A stretch of DNA of 64,000 nucleotides from Treponema sp. TIM-1 (lineage in GTDB: Bacteria; Spirochaetota; Spirochaetia; Treponematales; Breznakiellaceae): contig NZ_JAJQRC010000002.1 of assembly GCF_046533115.1 (NCBI RefSeq), positions 43,708 through 107,707 of the forward strand, written 5' to 3'. The notes under the pieces are model-generated. The model had not been told where the DNA came from. It saw nothing but the letters and a program-made list of their open reading frames with translations, and ran no database searches. Each line of letters starts with the position of its first letter. The first letter of the stretch is position 1. The position numbers and the translations under genes were made by a program. Below are positions 27,685-36,430 of the stretch, in pieces.

Positions 27685-28974
27685 TCATCTCCGCAGCGCT
27701 TCCACCGGTTCCACGAAGGCACTTTTCAGGCTGGGGAACAGGGTGAAGAGGGACGCCACCAGTACGCCCATGAGCCAGCTTTTCAGCAGGTTGACGAAAC
27801 TGAAGGCGAAAAATATCGCGTTGGCCGCGGGCATTTCGGCGAAGGTGCTTTCCCCGGCAAGGGCGGTCCAGCGCAGGGGAAAGAACTGGCCCACGCCGGT
27901 AAAGACGCCCCCCAGGATCACCCCCGCAGTGGCCCCGGCTATAGCGAGGAACAGGGACTCGAAGAAGAAGACCCGGACGATTTCCCCACGGGTCATGCCA
28001 AGGCTCCCCATCATGCCGATTTCTTTGATCCGCTCGTGGATGATCATGGTAATCGTATTGACGATGAGGAGGCAGGCCACGATGAGGAAAACCAGGTAGA
28101 TCAGGAAATACATGGGTTCGTACATATTCATCATCACGATCCAGTACTGATCCCGCCATTCGGTGACCACGTCTTCCGGGCCGAGGATTTTTTCCATCTC
28201 CGCGGCAATGCGCCCGCTCTGTTCCGGGGAGTCCCCGTAGACGATGATCTGCTGGGAAGCGTCGTCCAGCACGAGGAGGCGCTGGAGGCGGCCAAAGTCC
28301 ACGATGATGGTCTCCCCGTCGGCCTTGGCGTAATCGAAGCGGAAGATCCCGCTGACCACCGGGGCCCACATCTTGTCGGAGAACTGGGCCGACACGGTTT
28401 TGAGGGGAATACGGTCGCCTATCCTGAGCCCCGCCTTTTCCGCAAGCCGCAGACCTATGGCGCACTCGTTACTGCCCCGCTCGGGCCAGCGGCCCTCCAC
28501 CAGACCGTCATTCCGGTTCGTCAGGTTGAAGTGATTTACCGCCGTCTCCTCCCCCATGTTCATCCCCCAGAGGGTGGCGTGTTTCACCAGACTTTCCTGC
28601 AACGTGGCGTAGGCGGAGATCCGGGGAAACACCGCCCGCACGCCGGGAATGGCCCGGATCCGTTCCGTCACCGCCGCCAAACTCTGGCCCTCCGCCACGG
28701 GGTACTGGACAGGACTGTACTCGCTTTCCGCCTCGTATTGGGCCGACACCGCCCGGACATGACCCAACTCAAAAACCTGCACCACCTCGTGCATACTCTT
28801 CAACATCCCCTCGATGAGGGACGAATAAAACACGACGAAGAACACCGCTATCCCCACCGCCGCCACGCAGAACATGGTCCGCCTGAGATTGCGAAAAATG
28901 TTCCTGAACGCGATGGTGATAAGGGCCCCCGTTCCCCCCTGCCGATAATTACCGCTCATATAAACCTCCTTCAT
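27685..28974 (-). CDS. ABC transporter permease, FtsX/LolC/MacB-like
   Basis: 429 aa. An N-terminal TM helix, a periplasmic domain and three C-terminal TM helices make up the FtsX fold. Confidence 0.7.
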   Translation of the reverse strand: MKEVYMSGNYRQGGTGALITIAFRNIFRNLRRTMFCVAAVGIAVFFVVFYSSLIEGMLKSMHEVVQVFELGHVRAVSAQYEAESEYSPVQYPVAEGQSLAAVTERIRAIPGVRAVFPRISAYATLQESLVKHATLWGMNMGEETAVNHFNLTNRNDGLVEGRWPERGSNECAIGLRLAEKAGLRIGDRIPLKTVSAQFSDKMWAPVVSGIFRFDYAKADGETIIVDFGRLQRLLVLDDASQQIIVYGDSPEQSGRIAAEMEKILGPEDVVTEWRDQYWIVMMNMYEPMYFLIYLVFLIVACLLIVNTITMIIHERIKEIGMMGSLGMTRGEIVRVFFFESLFLAIAGATAGVILGGVFTGVGQFFPLRWTALAGESTFAEMPAANAIFFAFSFVNLLKSWLMGVLVASLFTLFPSLKSAFVEPVEALRR

Positions 28975-30722
28975 TCAAACCGCAGGCTTTGCGTAATCTC
29001 CATCTTCACCGCCCGGCGGGCGGGGAGCAGGGCCATGAGAGCCGAGAGGAGCGTGGCCACGATGCCGCTGCCTATGATGGTGTCCAACTTCCAGGTACCC
29101 CGGAAGTTGCCCGCCACCCGGTAGCCCATGCTGCCCCCCATCTGTTCCATCATTTCCGAAAAGTCTATGCCGTACTTGACCATAGGGATGTTGAGGAGGC
29201 AGCCGAGGATGATGCCCAGGACGGAACCGATGAGGCCCAGAAGGGCCGCCTCTACCATGTAGGTGAAAATGAGCTGGCCGCCCGTCATGCCCAGGGCCCG
29301 CATCATGCCGATTTCCCGGGTCCGTTCCAGGATCGCCAGGAGCATGGTGTTGGAAATGCCGATGAAGGCCAGGAGGAAAAGGAGGATGGAAAATATTTTG
29401 CTTGCTCCCGATTCCATGTTCTCGTAGCCCAGGTAGTCTTTCACATAGTCCGTCCAGAAAAACACGTCCAAATCATCGGGGAGGGCGAGGCCCCGTTCCG
29501 CAAGACCTGAGTCCAGGGCGGCGCGGATGGCTGCTTTGGTTTCGATACCGCTGGTCATGTCCGCCGCGCCCAGGGTCTTGTCCCGGATCAACAGTTCGGT
29601 GATCCGGCCTTCCAGCATCATTCCCGCCTCGTCCTGCAGCACGTCCAGGGGCATATAGCCGGTGTTGTAGTTGTTGACGGGGTCCGGGGAATTTACCAGG
29701 CCCACCACTTTGGCGTCGATCACCTGGTTCACATGCCGGACCGCGCCGGAAAAATCAACCCGGAGCATGGCCGCCAGAGCCGCGTCCCGTTTTGCCGGGT
29801 CTTCCTCGATTAAAAGGTACGCGCCGGTAAGTTCGTCGTATTCGTAGGCCCCGCCCACCAGCCGCTGTTCCTCCGCGTTCAAAAGGGGCCAGAGGTCCGC
29901 GTCCCACTTGTCCGCCCGAATCGAGTCCGGGGCCATCTTGTAGTCGATGACCGTGGAGATCCGCACGTCGTTGCGGCCCGTGGTATCAACCAGATTCCAG
30001 AGCCGGTCCAGGTCCGGCCGGGGCAGGTCCCGCCTGAGAACCAGCCGGCCCCTGGCCCGCTCCGCCGCGTATTCCTCGCTTTCCCCAAACTGGACTTTTA
30101 CTTCCATAGGCGCGTAGCAGTTTCGGATAAAAGTTTCGTCCGCGGGAACAAAGCCGTCACCGACGGCGGCCCTCACCGCTTCGATCAAATCTTCCAGTTC
30201 CGCCGGTTCCGGCCGGGTAGGAACCCCCACCCGGAGTTTGTCCGCGGTCATCAGCCCCAGGGCGACGCCGAACTCGCCGTTTCGGATATACCGGCCCAAT
30301 TCAATGTAGTCCGTGTAGGCCAGGGTCCGCGCTTCCGCCGCAGGGTCCACGGCGTATACCACCAGCGGCGCGGAGCCGGTGAGGGAATAGAGGGTTCCCG
30401 AAAAGGTGTACCGGGGGGCCGCGTCGTAGCCCGCCTTGTCCAGCGCGGCGGCGCAGGCCTCCCAGCCGCCGAAGGTCTCGTAGCCGGGCAGCTCGTCCTT
30501 CTTGTCGAAGTACCCTTTGGTTTGCAGCTTCGCCGCCCCGATCTCGTAGTTGATAATGTTCCGCCGGGACTCGTTGTTCATGCCGGCGAGCCAGCTATCC
30601 ATAAAGATATAGACCGTCACGCTCACCATGATCGCCGCGCAGGTGAGGATCGTCTTCACCTTGTGCCGCGCCAGGTTCCGCAGCGCCAGCCGCTTTAATT
30701 CTATCACGCTTGAAATTGTCAT
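28971..30722 (-). CDS. ABC transporter permease, FtsX/MacB-like with a large periplasmic domain
   Basis: 583 aa with the FtsX-like topology. Translationally coupled to its neighbours. Confidence 0.7.
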   Translation of the reverse strand: MTISSVIELKRLALRNLARHKVKTILTCAAIMVSVTVYIFMDSWLAGMNNESRRNIINYEIGAAKLQTKGYFDKKDELPGYETFGGWEACAAALDKAGYDAAPRYTFSGTLYSLTGSAPLVVYAVDPAAEARTLAYTDYIELGRYIRNGEFGVALGLMTADKLRVGVPTRPEPAELEDLIEAVRAAVGDGFVPADETFIRNCYAPMEVKVQFGESEEYAAERARGRLVLRRDLPRPDLDRLWNLVDTTGRNDVRISTVIDYKMAPDSIRADKWDADLWPLLNAEEQRLVGGAYEYDELTGAYLLIEEDPAKRDAALAAMLRVDFSGAVRHVNQVIDAKVVGLVNSPDPVNNYNTGYMPLDVLQDEAGMMLEGRITELLIRDKTLGAADMTSGIETKAAIRAALDSGLAERGLALPDDLDVFFWTDYVKDYLGYENMESGASKIFSILLFLLAFIGISNTMLLAILERTREIGMMRALGMTGGQLIFTYMVEAALLGLIGSVLGIILGCLLNIPMVKYGIDFSEMMEQMGGSMGYRVAGNFRGTWKLDTIIGSGIVATLLSALMALLPARRAVKMEITQSLRFE

Positions 30723-31405
30723 TACTTCACCTCGTCGGATTCAACCTGGCCGTCCCGGATCCGGATGAGCCGGCGGGCGTGGTCCATCACCATAAGGTCA
30801 TGGGTGGAGAAGATGAAGGTGGTCCCTTCGAGTTGGTTGAGCCGCACCATGAGTTCCAGAATCTCCCGACCTATGGTGGAATCCAGGTTCGCCGTGGGTT
30901 CGTCGGCGAGGATCAGGGCGGGCCGTTTTACCAGGGCCCGGGCGATTGCCACCCGTTGCTGCTGGCCGCCGGACATCTCCTTGGGCCGCCGCCTCTCCAT
31001 ACCCTCAAGCCCCACCTGGGCCAGAACCTGCCGGACCCGGTCCCGGACTTCCCCCTTGTCCACCCCCAAAAGGGTCAGGGGAAAGCCGATATTTTCCTCC
31101 ACCGACAGAACGGGAATAAGGTTATAGGCCTGAAAGATAAAGCCGATGCTATGCCGCCTGAGCAGGGCGAGCCGCTTCTTTGAAAGCCCCGCAATATCGG
31201 TCCCGCCAACACTCATAGTCCCGCCGGTCAGGGTGTCCAGGCAGCCCGCCAGGTGGAGGAAGGTGGACTTGCCGCTCCCGGAAGGCCCGGCAATGGCGGC
31301 AAAGTCCCCGCCCTGAAATTCCAGATTCAACCCCCGCAGGGCGTGGACCGTCTGCCCGTTCAAGCCGTAATCCTTCACCAAATTTTCCGCTTTTACCACT
31401 GTCAT
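30722..31405 (-). CDS. ABC transporter ATP-binding protein (LolD/MacB family)
   Basis: Walker A GPSGSGKST, signature MSGGQQQRVAIARAL, Walker B LILADEPTANLD. Confidence 0.85.
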   Translation of the reverse strand: MTVVKAENLVKDYGLNGQTVHALRGLNLEFQGGDFAAIAGPSGSGKSTFLHLAGCLDTLTGGTMSVGGTDIAGLSKKRLALLRRHSIGFIFQAYNLIPVLSVEENIGFPLTLLGVDKGEVRDRVRQVLAQVGLEGMERRRPKEMSGGQQQRVAIARALVKRPALILADEPTANLDSTIGREILELMVRLNQLEGTTFIFSTHDLMVMDHARRLIRIRDGQVESDEVK

Positions 31406-31441
31406 AGTATGCTCCTCAAAGTTACCTGATAACCAACCATG

Positions 31442-32560
31442 TCATTGCTCCCCCTCATTTCTATCTCCTCTCTCCTCCCGCCGTAGTTCCGTCAAAGCCT
31501 CAAGGCCGAAGATGTCCTTTGCCTTGAGTTCCTCGGTAATTGAACTGGGAACCAACATCATGGAATTCCCCGCTTTGAGCCCTTCATTCAAAATCGAAAG
31601 GATCTTGAGCTTCATCGCCGGTTCGGTTTTCGCGTAAATCCGAACCGCCTCTTCCAGCTTTCTGGCAATCTCTATCTCCGCTTCCGCCAGAAGGATCCTC
31701 CCCTTCTTTTCCCGTTCCGCCTGGGCAAGCCTTGAAAGGGAATCCTGGAGATGTTCCGGAATCTGTATATCCGTAATTTCGATATGTTGTACGGTGATTC
31801 CCCATTCGGTGGTTTTTTTATCCACTTCTTCCTGAATCTGCTTTTTAATGATATCCCCTCTTTCCAGGAACGTAGTCAAATCATGGCTGCTCACCGCGTT
31901 TCTCAGGGCTGTCTTTGAGGAGAGGATCACCGCATCCTCGTAGTTCTGAACCTCCAGGACCGCTTTTTCCGGGTCCCAGACCAGCCAGAAACACAGGGCA
32001 TCCACGGTCACCGTCACCGAATCCAGGGTGAGGGTTTCTTGGGCGGAAAAATCAGTCACCCGGATTCTAAGATCCACCCGTTGGGCTATCCTATCCGCAA
32101 TGGGAATAAGTACAAAAAGCCCCGGTCCCCGGATTCGGTAAAACCTACCGAAACGCAGCACAATGGCCCGTTCCCATTCTTCCAGCCGTTGTATTGCCGG
32201 GACAAAAAGCACCGCTAGGGCCATAAAAATGAGGGACAGAGCTAACCGGGGAAAACCTATAATTCCAAAAACACCGACCAGCAGGATGTATATTTTTATC
32301 CCCGCCCCCCATCGAGGGAAGAAAATCAATAATATAAGGGTTACACAGGGCATTCCCAGAAGTATTCCTAATTCCGGTAACGAAGGCGGAGAACCGGTAA
32401 CCAATGAGCCTCCCAGGATAAAAAGCACCCCAATTCCTAAAAAGCCTATTCCCAGCGCGTTCAGGGAGAAATCCCGAAGTTTCTGCCGGGGCTGAATATT
32501 TTTAATAAGCTGTTTAACCGCAGGATTTTTATTTTTCTGGGTAGATCCATTAAACTTCAT
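31442..32560 (-). CDS. SPFH/band-7 (stomatin-like) protein with an N-terminal multi-TM region
   Basis: Start trimmed to MKFNGSTQKN, preceded by a GGAGGAG RBS. The SPFH core is VLRFGRFYRIRGPGLFVLIPIADRIAQRVDLRIRV. Confidence 0.65.
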   Translation of the reverse strand: MKFNGSTQKNKNPAVKQLIKNIQPRQKLRDFSLNALGIGFLGIGVLFILGGSLVTGSPPSLPELGILLGMPCVTLILLIFFPRWGAGIKIYILLVGVFGIIGFPRLALSLIFMALAVLFVPAIQRLEEWERAIVLRFGRFYRIRGPGLFVLIPIADRIAQRVDLRIRVTDFSAQETLTLDSVTVTVDALCFWLVWDPEKAVLEVQNYEDAVILSSKTALRNAVSSHDLTTFLERGDIIKKQIQEEVDKKTTEWGITVQHIEITDIQIPEHLQDSLSRLAQAEREKKGRILLAEAEIEIARKLEEAVRIYAKTEPAMKLKILSILNEGLKAGNSMMLVPSSITEELKAKDIFGLEALTELRREERGDRNEGEQ

Positions 32561-32579
32561 GTTACTCCTCCTATAATTC

Positions 32580-32975
32580 CTAAACAAAATAATTTTCAAT
32601 AAGCTGTTTAAGTTCCTCTTCTCCGACTCCCAAATTCTGCATCTCCTGAACAAACCGGCCGATAACTTCCTGGATCTTTCGATTCCGTTCATCCCGTTCC
32701 TGAATCGGTTTTTTATCGGAAACATAGGTCCCGCTTCCCACCTGGGTAATCAGGATCCCCCGGATCTCCAGTTCCCCATAGGCCTTTGCAATCGTGTTCG
32801 GGTTGATCCGCAATTCTATCGCCAGGGAACGAATGGTAGGTAATTTATCCCCCGGTTTTATCCGCTCCGACAGAATCGCGTATTCTATCTGCTGGATTAT
32901 CTGCCGATACACCGGTACACCCTTATCCGTGTCCAGAGAAAAATATAATTTCCTCTCTGCATTTGTACTATTCAT
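32580..32975 (-). CDS. GntR family transcriptional regulator, short YtrA-like subfamily
   Basis: 131 aa. The winged HTH is PGDKLPTIRSLAIELRINPNTIAKAYGELEIRGIL, followed by a short C-terminal tail. It is the first gene of the operon. Confidence 0.75.
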   Translation of the reverse strand: MNSTNAERKLYFSLDTDKGVPVYRQIIQQIEYAILSERIKPGDKLPTIRSLAIELRINPNTIAKAYGELEIRGILITQVGSGTYVSDKKPIQERDERNRKIQEVIGRFVQEMQNLGVGEEELKQLIENYFV

Positions 32976-33051
32976 CTAGTACAATCGTAAATGAACTAGT
33001 ACAATATGTCAATTACTTTTTTTATTTTTTATGCTATTTAGGGACAATTTA

Positions 33052-33063
33052 GGGGACAGAGCT
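33052..33063 (+). repeat. GGGGACAGAGCT repeat copy flanking the transposase (upstream side)
   Basis: Intergenic, about 90 bp upstream of the Y1 transposase ATG. It is preceded by a partial duplicate GGGACA. Confidence 0.75.
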
Positions 33064-33153
33064 TATTAGCTGGAAAAGAAGTCTAAAGTCCGCTTTTTTA
33101 AAAATTTACGATTTCCCGAAGCAATATGAATATGAGATCCATAATAAAGAGTT

Positions 33154-33654
33154 ATGAGACATCCAAGAAAACTTAAGGATAACGCCACTTATCATGTGAC
33201 GGTCCGGGCAAACCGGAGGGAGATGGTTCTTTTTTGTACGGCTATGCGGATTTTGTTCCTCAATGTGGTAAAACGGGCAAAAAAGAAATATAAATTCCAA
33301 ATAGACAATTTTTCTATCATGGGAAATCATGTTCACCTTATTATTCGGCCGGGAAAGGATGAATCCTTATCCCGTATCATGCAATGGATATTAAGTGTCT
33401 TTGCTATGGCATGGAACCGAGCCCACTTTCAGACCGGTCATGTATGGGGAGAACGATTTTTTTCCAAGATCATCAATGATTGTATCGAATTTATCAAAAC
33501 ATTTCATTACATTTCGCAAAATCCGGTAAAGGCCCAATTAGTCAAAAGTCCTGAAGAATGGGAATTTGGAGGACTCTGGCATTTTATTTCAGGGAAAAAA
33601 GAAATAATTGGGGAACCCGCATCATGGATCCAAGAGATATATCGGAATTATTGA
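33154..33654 (+). mobile_element. IS200-like Y1 (HuH) tyrosine transposase, probably a REP-associated RAYT
   Basis: 166 aa with the HuH motif GNHVHLIIRP. The downstream HFQTGHVWGERFF block fits the IS200/RAYT family. The gene is low in GC and is flanked by inverted copies of GGGGACAGAGCT at 33052 and 33681. Confidence 0.6.
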
Positions 33655-33680
33655 GAATATTCTATCCCTGGGATCGTAAA

Positions 33681-33692
33681 CAGCTCTGTCCC
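33681..33692 (-). repeat. GGGACAGAGCTG repeat copy flanking the transposase (downstream side, inverted)
   Basis: 11/12 match, 27 bp after the transposase stop. Confidence 0.65.
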
Positions 33693-33700
33693 TCTAGATA

Positions 33701-35062
33701 CTAATTTTTGAAGCTATGGAGAGGGGCAGGTATCCTGCCGCCCCGGGCGATAAAGGAGTCGCTTTTCGCCCTGTTTACCGCCATAATGGGAGTACCCCCT
33801 AAAAGGCCGCCGAATTCCGCCCATTCCCCGGCTTTTTTACCCGGCACCGGAATGACCCGTACCGCGGTGGTCTTATTGTTCACCATCCCGATGGCCATTT
33901 CATCGGCAATGATCGCCGAAATCGTTGCGGTGGAGGTATCCCCCGGAAGGGCAATCATATCCAGTCCCACCGAGCAGACCGAGGTCATAGCTTCTAATTT
34001 ATCCATGCTTATAGAACCGGCTCTCACCGCCGCGACCATACCTTCATCCTCCGAAACCGGTATGAACGCCCCGGAAAATCCTCCCACATGGGTCGAGGCC
34101 ATAACCCCCCCCTTTTTTACCATATCCGTCAGCATGGCCAGGGCCGCGGTAGTTCCGTGGGTTCCCGCCGACTCAAGGCCCATCTCTTCCAGGATCCGGG
34201 CTACCGAATCCCCTACCGCGGGGGTAGGGGCCAGGGAAAGATCCAATATTCCGAAGGGAACCCCTAACCGTTTGGCCGCTTCCATCCCTACCAGTTGACC
34301 CATACGGGTAATCTTGAAGGCCGTTTTTTTGATAATATCCGCCAGTTCATCAAAATTTGCGTCCCGATGCCTTTCCAGGGCGGCCTTCACCACCCCGGGA
34401 CCGGAAACACCCACATTAAGGCATGCCTCCCCTTCCCCGACCCCATGAAAGGCCCCGGCCATAAAGGGATTATCCTCCGGCGCGTTACAGAAAACCACTA
34501 ACTTCGCACAGGCGATCCCATCCGTGCCGGCGGTTTTTTCCGCGGCGGCCTTGATCACCTCTCCCATGCGGCGGACCGCGTCCATGTTGATACCGCTTTT
34601 CGTACTAGCCACATTTACCGACGCGCAAACCCGTTCCGTAAGGGACAGAGCTTCAGGAATCGAATCAATAAGCCGTCTGTCCCCCTGGCAAAAGCCCTTT
34701 TGTACTAGGGCAGAGAACCCCCCGACAAAGTCAATACCCAGTTCCTTGGCGACCTCATCCAGGACCACCGCATAGGGGGTATAATCTTCGTCCCCGGAAG
34801 AACCGGCAATAAGGGCCATGGGGGTAACCGAAAGACGCTTATTGATAATGGGGATACCGTATTCGACCTCTATCTGCCGGCCCGTCTGAACCAGGGATCC
34901 CGCCGTCTTAAGGAGTTTTTCCCGGATTCTCCTCCGGGTCTCCCCGCCGGACGCGGAAGCGCAATCCAGTAGGGATACCCCCAGGGTAATGGCCCGGATA
35001 TCCAGTTTGTACCGCAGGAACATATCCACGGTCTCTTTTATTTCAAATGGGGTAAATAACAT
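33701..35062 (-). CDS. UPF0210 (DUF711, PFL-like) family protein
   Basis: The N-terminus [34 protein letters not shown] is the hallmark start of UPF0210. 453 aa. Paired with the upstream ACT protein. Confidence 0.7.
   Translation of the reverse strand: MLFTPFEIKETVDMFLRYKLDIRAITLGVSLLDCASASGGETRRRIREKLLKTAGSLVQTGRQIEVEYGIPIINKRLSVTPMALIAGSSGDEDYTPYAVVLDEVAKELGIDFVGGFSALVQKGFCQGDRRLIDSIPEALSLTERVCASVNVASTKSGINMDAVRRMGEVIKAAAEKTAGTDGIACAKLVVFCNAPEDNPFMAGAFHGVGEGEACLNVGVSGPGVVKAALERHRDANFDELADIIKKTAFKITRMGQLVGMEAAKRLGVPFGILDLSLAPTPAVGDSVARILEEMGLESAGTHGTTAALAMLTDMVKKGGVMASTHVGGFSGAFIPVSEDEGMVAAVRAGSISMDKLEAMTSVCSVGLDMIALPGDTSTATISAIIADEMAIGMVNNKTTAVRVIPVPGKKAGEWAEFGGLLGGTPIMAVNRAKSDSFIARGGRIPAPLHSFKN
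34642..34652 (+). repeat. GGGACAGAGCT(T) repeat copy
   Basis: 11-mer core inside the UPF0210 gene, encoding ...EALSL... on the opposite strand. Confidence 0.55.
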
Positions 35063-35067
35063 AAGTT

Positions 35068-35337
35068 TTATATACGGTGCATGGCGCTAAAAACCTGTTC
35101 ATGCATGATGCTGATGGATACCTTCATGGTTTTTCCAATTTCATCAAGTTCTTCTTTGATCTTTTCCAGGGAAACACTGCCTTGGGAGAGGTCAACCATC
35201 ATAACCATGACAAAGTTACCCTTTAAAATGGTTTGGCTTATATCTTCTATATTGATATTCCGTTCCGCCAAAAAAGCGCTTACCCGGGCAATTATACCAA
35301 CATGATCGGTACCTACCACGGTGATAATCGCGTTCAT
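35068..35337 (-). CDS. ACT domain protein (UPF0237)
   Basis: 89 aa with [33 protein letters not shown]. Classic partner of UPF0210. Confidence 0.7.
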   Translation of the reverse strand: MNAIITVVGTDHVGIIARVSAFLAERNINIEDISQTILKGNFVMVMMVDLSQGSVSLEKIKEELDEIGKTMKVSISIMHEQVFSAMHRI

Positions 35338-35347
35338 CCTATTCCCC

Positions 35348-36430
35348 CTAATCCGGTTTTATCATGTGTTCGGTAAGAAACAAATCCAGTACCGTTAAGA
35401 AAAGAATCACCACCATCGGACCCACTATAATACCATTAAACCCATAAACGCTCACCCCCCCCAGGATAGCAAAAAAAATGATCAGGGGATGCAGCTGGAT
35501 CCGGTTCTGCAAGAATATAGGACGCAGAAAATTATCCAGGGTAGAAATAAAAAATCCCGAAATAATAAGAAACAGGATTCCTTTAAGGATTTCGCCATTG
35601 AGAATACGGATAACCCCTATGGGCAGCCATACGAGACCCGCTCCAAACATGGGAATAAAAGCGCAGATCAAGGTCAAGCCGGCAAAAACCAGCGCCCCCT
35701 TGACCTGGAAAATTACAAAAACAATATAGGCCATAATAGCCTGAACCAGCGAAACCATGATGTATCCGAAGAAAAGATTCCTCGTGATATCCTTAAATTT
35801 CCCCACCAGAGCGGTAATATGCTCTTTTCTAATAGGGATAGCGTGGAGAACGAGCCGGGAGAGATAGGCGCCATCCATATAAAAGAAAAAGAGGCTAAAT
35901 ATCATCAGTACCAGCCCAAAAAGAAAGGAACCCACATCCCGGGCTAGGCTGCTGCTCATTTGTATAAGATTCTGGAGGCTTGAACTCAAATAGGCGACTA
36001 TTCTCCGCTGAATCTCATCGGCGCTGATGATGATTTGATCCGAGGTAATATCCCGGATAAATTCGGATATTTTTTCCAGCATATCCCGGATGATTCCGGG
36101 ATTATGGTTAAAGGTATCCCGTGCCAAACGGATAAGTTCCGTGATCTGTCTAAAAAACTGGGAGGCCACAAAAAAAAGCGGGATCAGGATAAGTATCACC
36201 GTTCCTAAAGAAAATATCCCCGCCCAGATGTTTTTGCATATCATCCCCTTTATGCCTGAAGTTTTAATTTTTTTTACCACCCGTTGGTGCAGGGGGCTTA
36301 AAAGTATATAGAGTAAGGTGGACCATAGAAGAACGGTAAAAAAGGGGGCAAAAAGCCGGAACACTATCACCAGTAGTATAATGAGGATCGCAACAAATAC
36401 GGAGTTTTGTACAGCCTTTGACCAACTCAT
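35348..36430 (-). CDS. AI-2E family transporter (PerM/UPF0118)
   Basis: 360 aa with 7-8 TM helices and the AI-2E-like topology. Confidence 0.6.
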   Translation of the reverse strand: MSWSKAVQNSVFVAILIILLVIVFRLFAPFFTVLLWSTLLYILLSPLHQRVVKKIKTSGIKGMICKNIWAGIFSLGTVILILIPLFFVASQFFRQITELIRLARDTFNHNPGIIRDMLEKISEFIRDITSDQIIISADEIQRRIVAYLSSSLQNLIQMSSSLARDVGSFLFGLVLMIFSLFFFYMDGAYLSRLVLHAIPIRKEHITALVGKFKDITRNLFFGYIMVSLVQAIMAYIVFVIFQVKGALVFAGLTLICAFIPMFGAGLVWLPIGVIRILNGEILKGILFLIISGFFISTLDNFLRPIFLQNRIQLHPLIIFFAILGGVSVYGFNGIIVGPMVVILFLTVLDLFLTEHMIKPD

